Below the pieces are notes generated by a model that saw only the letters and a list, made by a program, of their open reading frames with translations, was not told where the DNA came from and searched no databases. A program made the position numbers and the translations under genes. 64,000 nt of DNA. Origin: Alloascoidea hylecoeti. Its lineage: Eukaryota. The stretch spans positions 1 through 64,000 of the forward strand of contig BCKZ01000029.1 in the NCBI GenBank assembly GCA_001600815.1, given 5' to 3'. The stretch's first letter is position 1. Each line of letters opens with the position of its first letter. Shown here piece by piece: positions 62,340 to 64,000 of the stretch.

Positions 62340-64000
62340 TCATAATTTCACAGTTAAAAATGATACAGCTTCTCTTGCTATTTGTGTTTGTCTTTGTAAT
62401 TCTCTTACAGTATAATCATTCCAATCAACAGTTATTTCGCTATATTTTTTAGTTTGATAATCAATTTGAAATTGTTTCTTTAAACCTTGTAACCTTTTCA
62501 TTTCTCTTGGATCTCCTGATCCTGATGTAATTATTAAAGCAGTATTTGATGGTAAATTATCATATAATTTTTGTACTCTTGAATTTATATTTTCTTTAAC
62601 TTTTAATATATTTTGTGGTGATGATGGTGGTGTTAAATCTTGATTTCTTGTTGATGATTGTGAATTACCACCATTACTATCATGAGGAGTTGCCCATCCT
62701 ACAGCATATTCTAATTCTCTTAATCTACCCAAAACAAAATCATGAACTTCAACAGTTGCTAAAATTCCATTTATAATTTCATCATCATTCATACAACAAA
62801 CACAAGTATCAATATTATCACGATACATTGGTTTTGGTGTATATTCAATAACTGCTGATTTTCTTGATTCACCAAATCTATTTGGTGATCTTGATAATCT
62901 TGAAAATATGTTTTCATCATTTTGTAATTTTCCAAAACATGAACCATATTCTAATTTTCCTTTTATTAAATCAAGACATGCAATTGAATCTTCAATTGAT
63001 GAATGTCCATCATAATTTGATTGAATTATTCTAAATAAATATGATTTTGAAAGATATCTTAATGATGGTTTTGGTAATCCAAATGTACCAAAAATAATTG
63101 ATGTATCAATTACATTTAAATGAATTAATTTTAATACTTTAAAATCATTTTCTAATGAATGACCAATTAATATATCATTTTTATCAATTATTTTTAAAAA
63201 TTTTAATTGAATATCTTTTAAATTTGTTTTAACATTTAAAAGTAATTCTTTTGTTATACCTGAATATCTTGTAACGTAATCAATAATTTCTTCTTCTGGT
63301 TTAACTAATTCATCAATAATTGTTTCTCCTTGCCAATTAACTAATGATACTCTTGTTAAAACACTACCACTTTTAGCTCTACACATTTCACAATCTAATG
63401 CATATATGTGTCTTTCTTCATCGGGATCACTAAGTGTTTGTGTAATGACCCAGCCTTCTTCTAAATCAAGGGTATCTCTAGTTGGATAATCATTTTCCGT
63501 AAATTCATGCGGTTGCATAAGTAAATCCTCTATAGTTAATTTTGAACTATTGTTATTACTATTATTTGAAGATGATGAAGTGAATGTCATTTTATCCTTT
63601 TTCGGTATTGGAACGGTTAGGATAGAGTTTATAGGTGAATGTAGAGTTTCCCGGGATCCAGGGGCCCGAGTAGGCCAAATGTGAGAGAAATGGTTGAATG
63701 CTGATAACTGAGGTATTGGGTTGATAGGAATAGGAGATAAAGATTCGATTACAGGTGTAGAGTGCCCAAAATCAGTTGCTGATAATCCAGGAATAAGAAG
63801 AAATACAACATGTTTTATGGCCGTCCGATTCTATTAATATTCATCGTTTATGATTAATATCTAGAATGAAGATATAAAAAAATTAAAAGATTATAAACTT
63901 ACCACCACGCTTATCCAAGTAGGAGCTATACCATCTGATAAAATCCACAAAACTAAATCCCGGAGATCCTAAAGTGATAAATTAGCACTCTTATCGTTAA
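62340..64000 (-). CDS. RNH70: DEDDh RNA exonuclease, Rex1/Rnh70-like, 5'-truncated by the window; exons 63968-63903 and 63830-62340
   Basis: ALDCEMC, LIGHSLENDF, VIDTSIIF, GHSSIEDS.AC. Upstream in-frame HVVFLLIPGL and DLRDLVLWILSDGIAPTWISV joined by a GTAAGT..TAG intron at 63902-63831; another 3' splice site at 63969. Confidence 0.9.

Noticed and set aside
1..64000. tRNA, rRNA, CRISPR array, telomeric repeats, CUG-Ser code
   Set aside because: No T-loop/cloverleaf, rRNA, spaced-repeat or telomere pattern noticed by eye; CTG encodes a conserved Leu in Arc18 (NFALLP).

Overview
AT-rich fungal genomic DNA, most likely from a budding-yeast lineage (Saccharomycotina-like gene set, short spliceosomal introns with variable GTAAGT/GTATGT/GTGAGT/GTACGT donors, and CTG at a conserved Leu in Arc18). 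The first ~9.5 kb is an accessory 'graveyard'. It holds deletion-riddled relics of pyruvate kinase and a Lon protease, a pogo/Fot1-like transposase relic, a frameshifted F-box/WD40 gene, and a diverged inverted duplication around an N gap. Long ORF-free tracts follow (9.5-14, 15.7-25.7, 41.2-46.3 kb) among conserved genes: REG1-like, a Ser/Pro-rich unknown, POL1, a 3-intron YCII gene the ORF track only partly captures, VPS74, BCS1, UBP2, HNM1, a peroxisomal alpha-hydroxy acid oxidase, an ELO elongase, ROM1/2, ARC18, IBD2-like, CHS7 and a REX1-like exonuclease running off the window. Best leads: sharp promoter-centred GC islands, the patchwork of decayed gene copies, a ~390-nt highly structured candidate ncRNA between CHS7 and REX1, an MCB motif inside the POL1 intron, and an oxidase lacking a conserved active-site Tyr. 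All calls come from motif recognition by eye; no searches were run.
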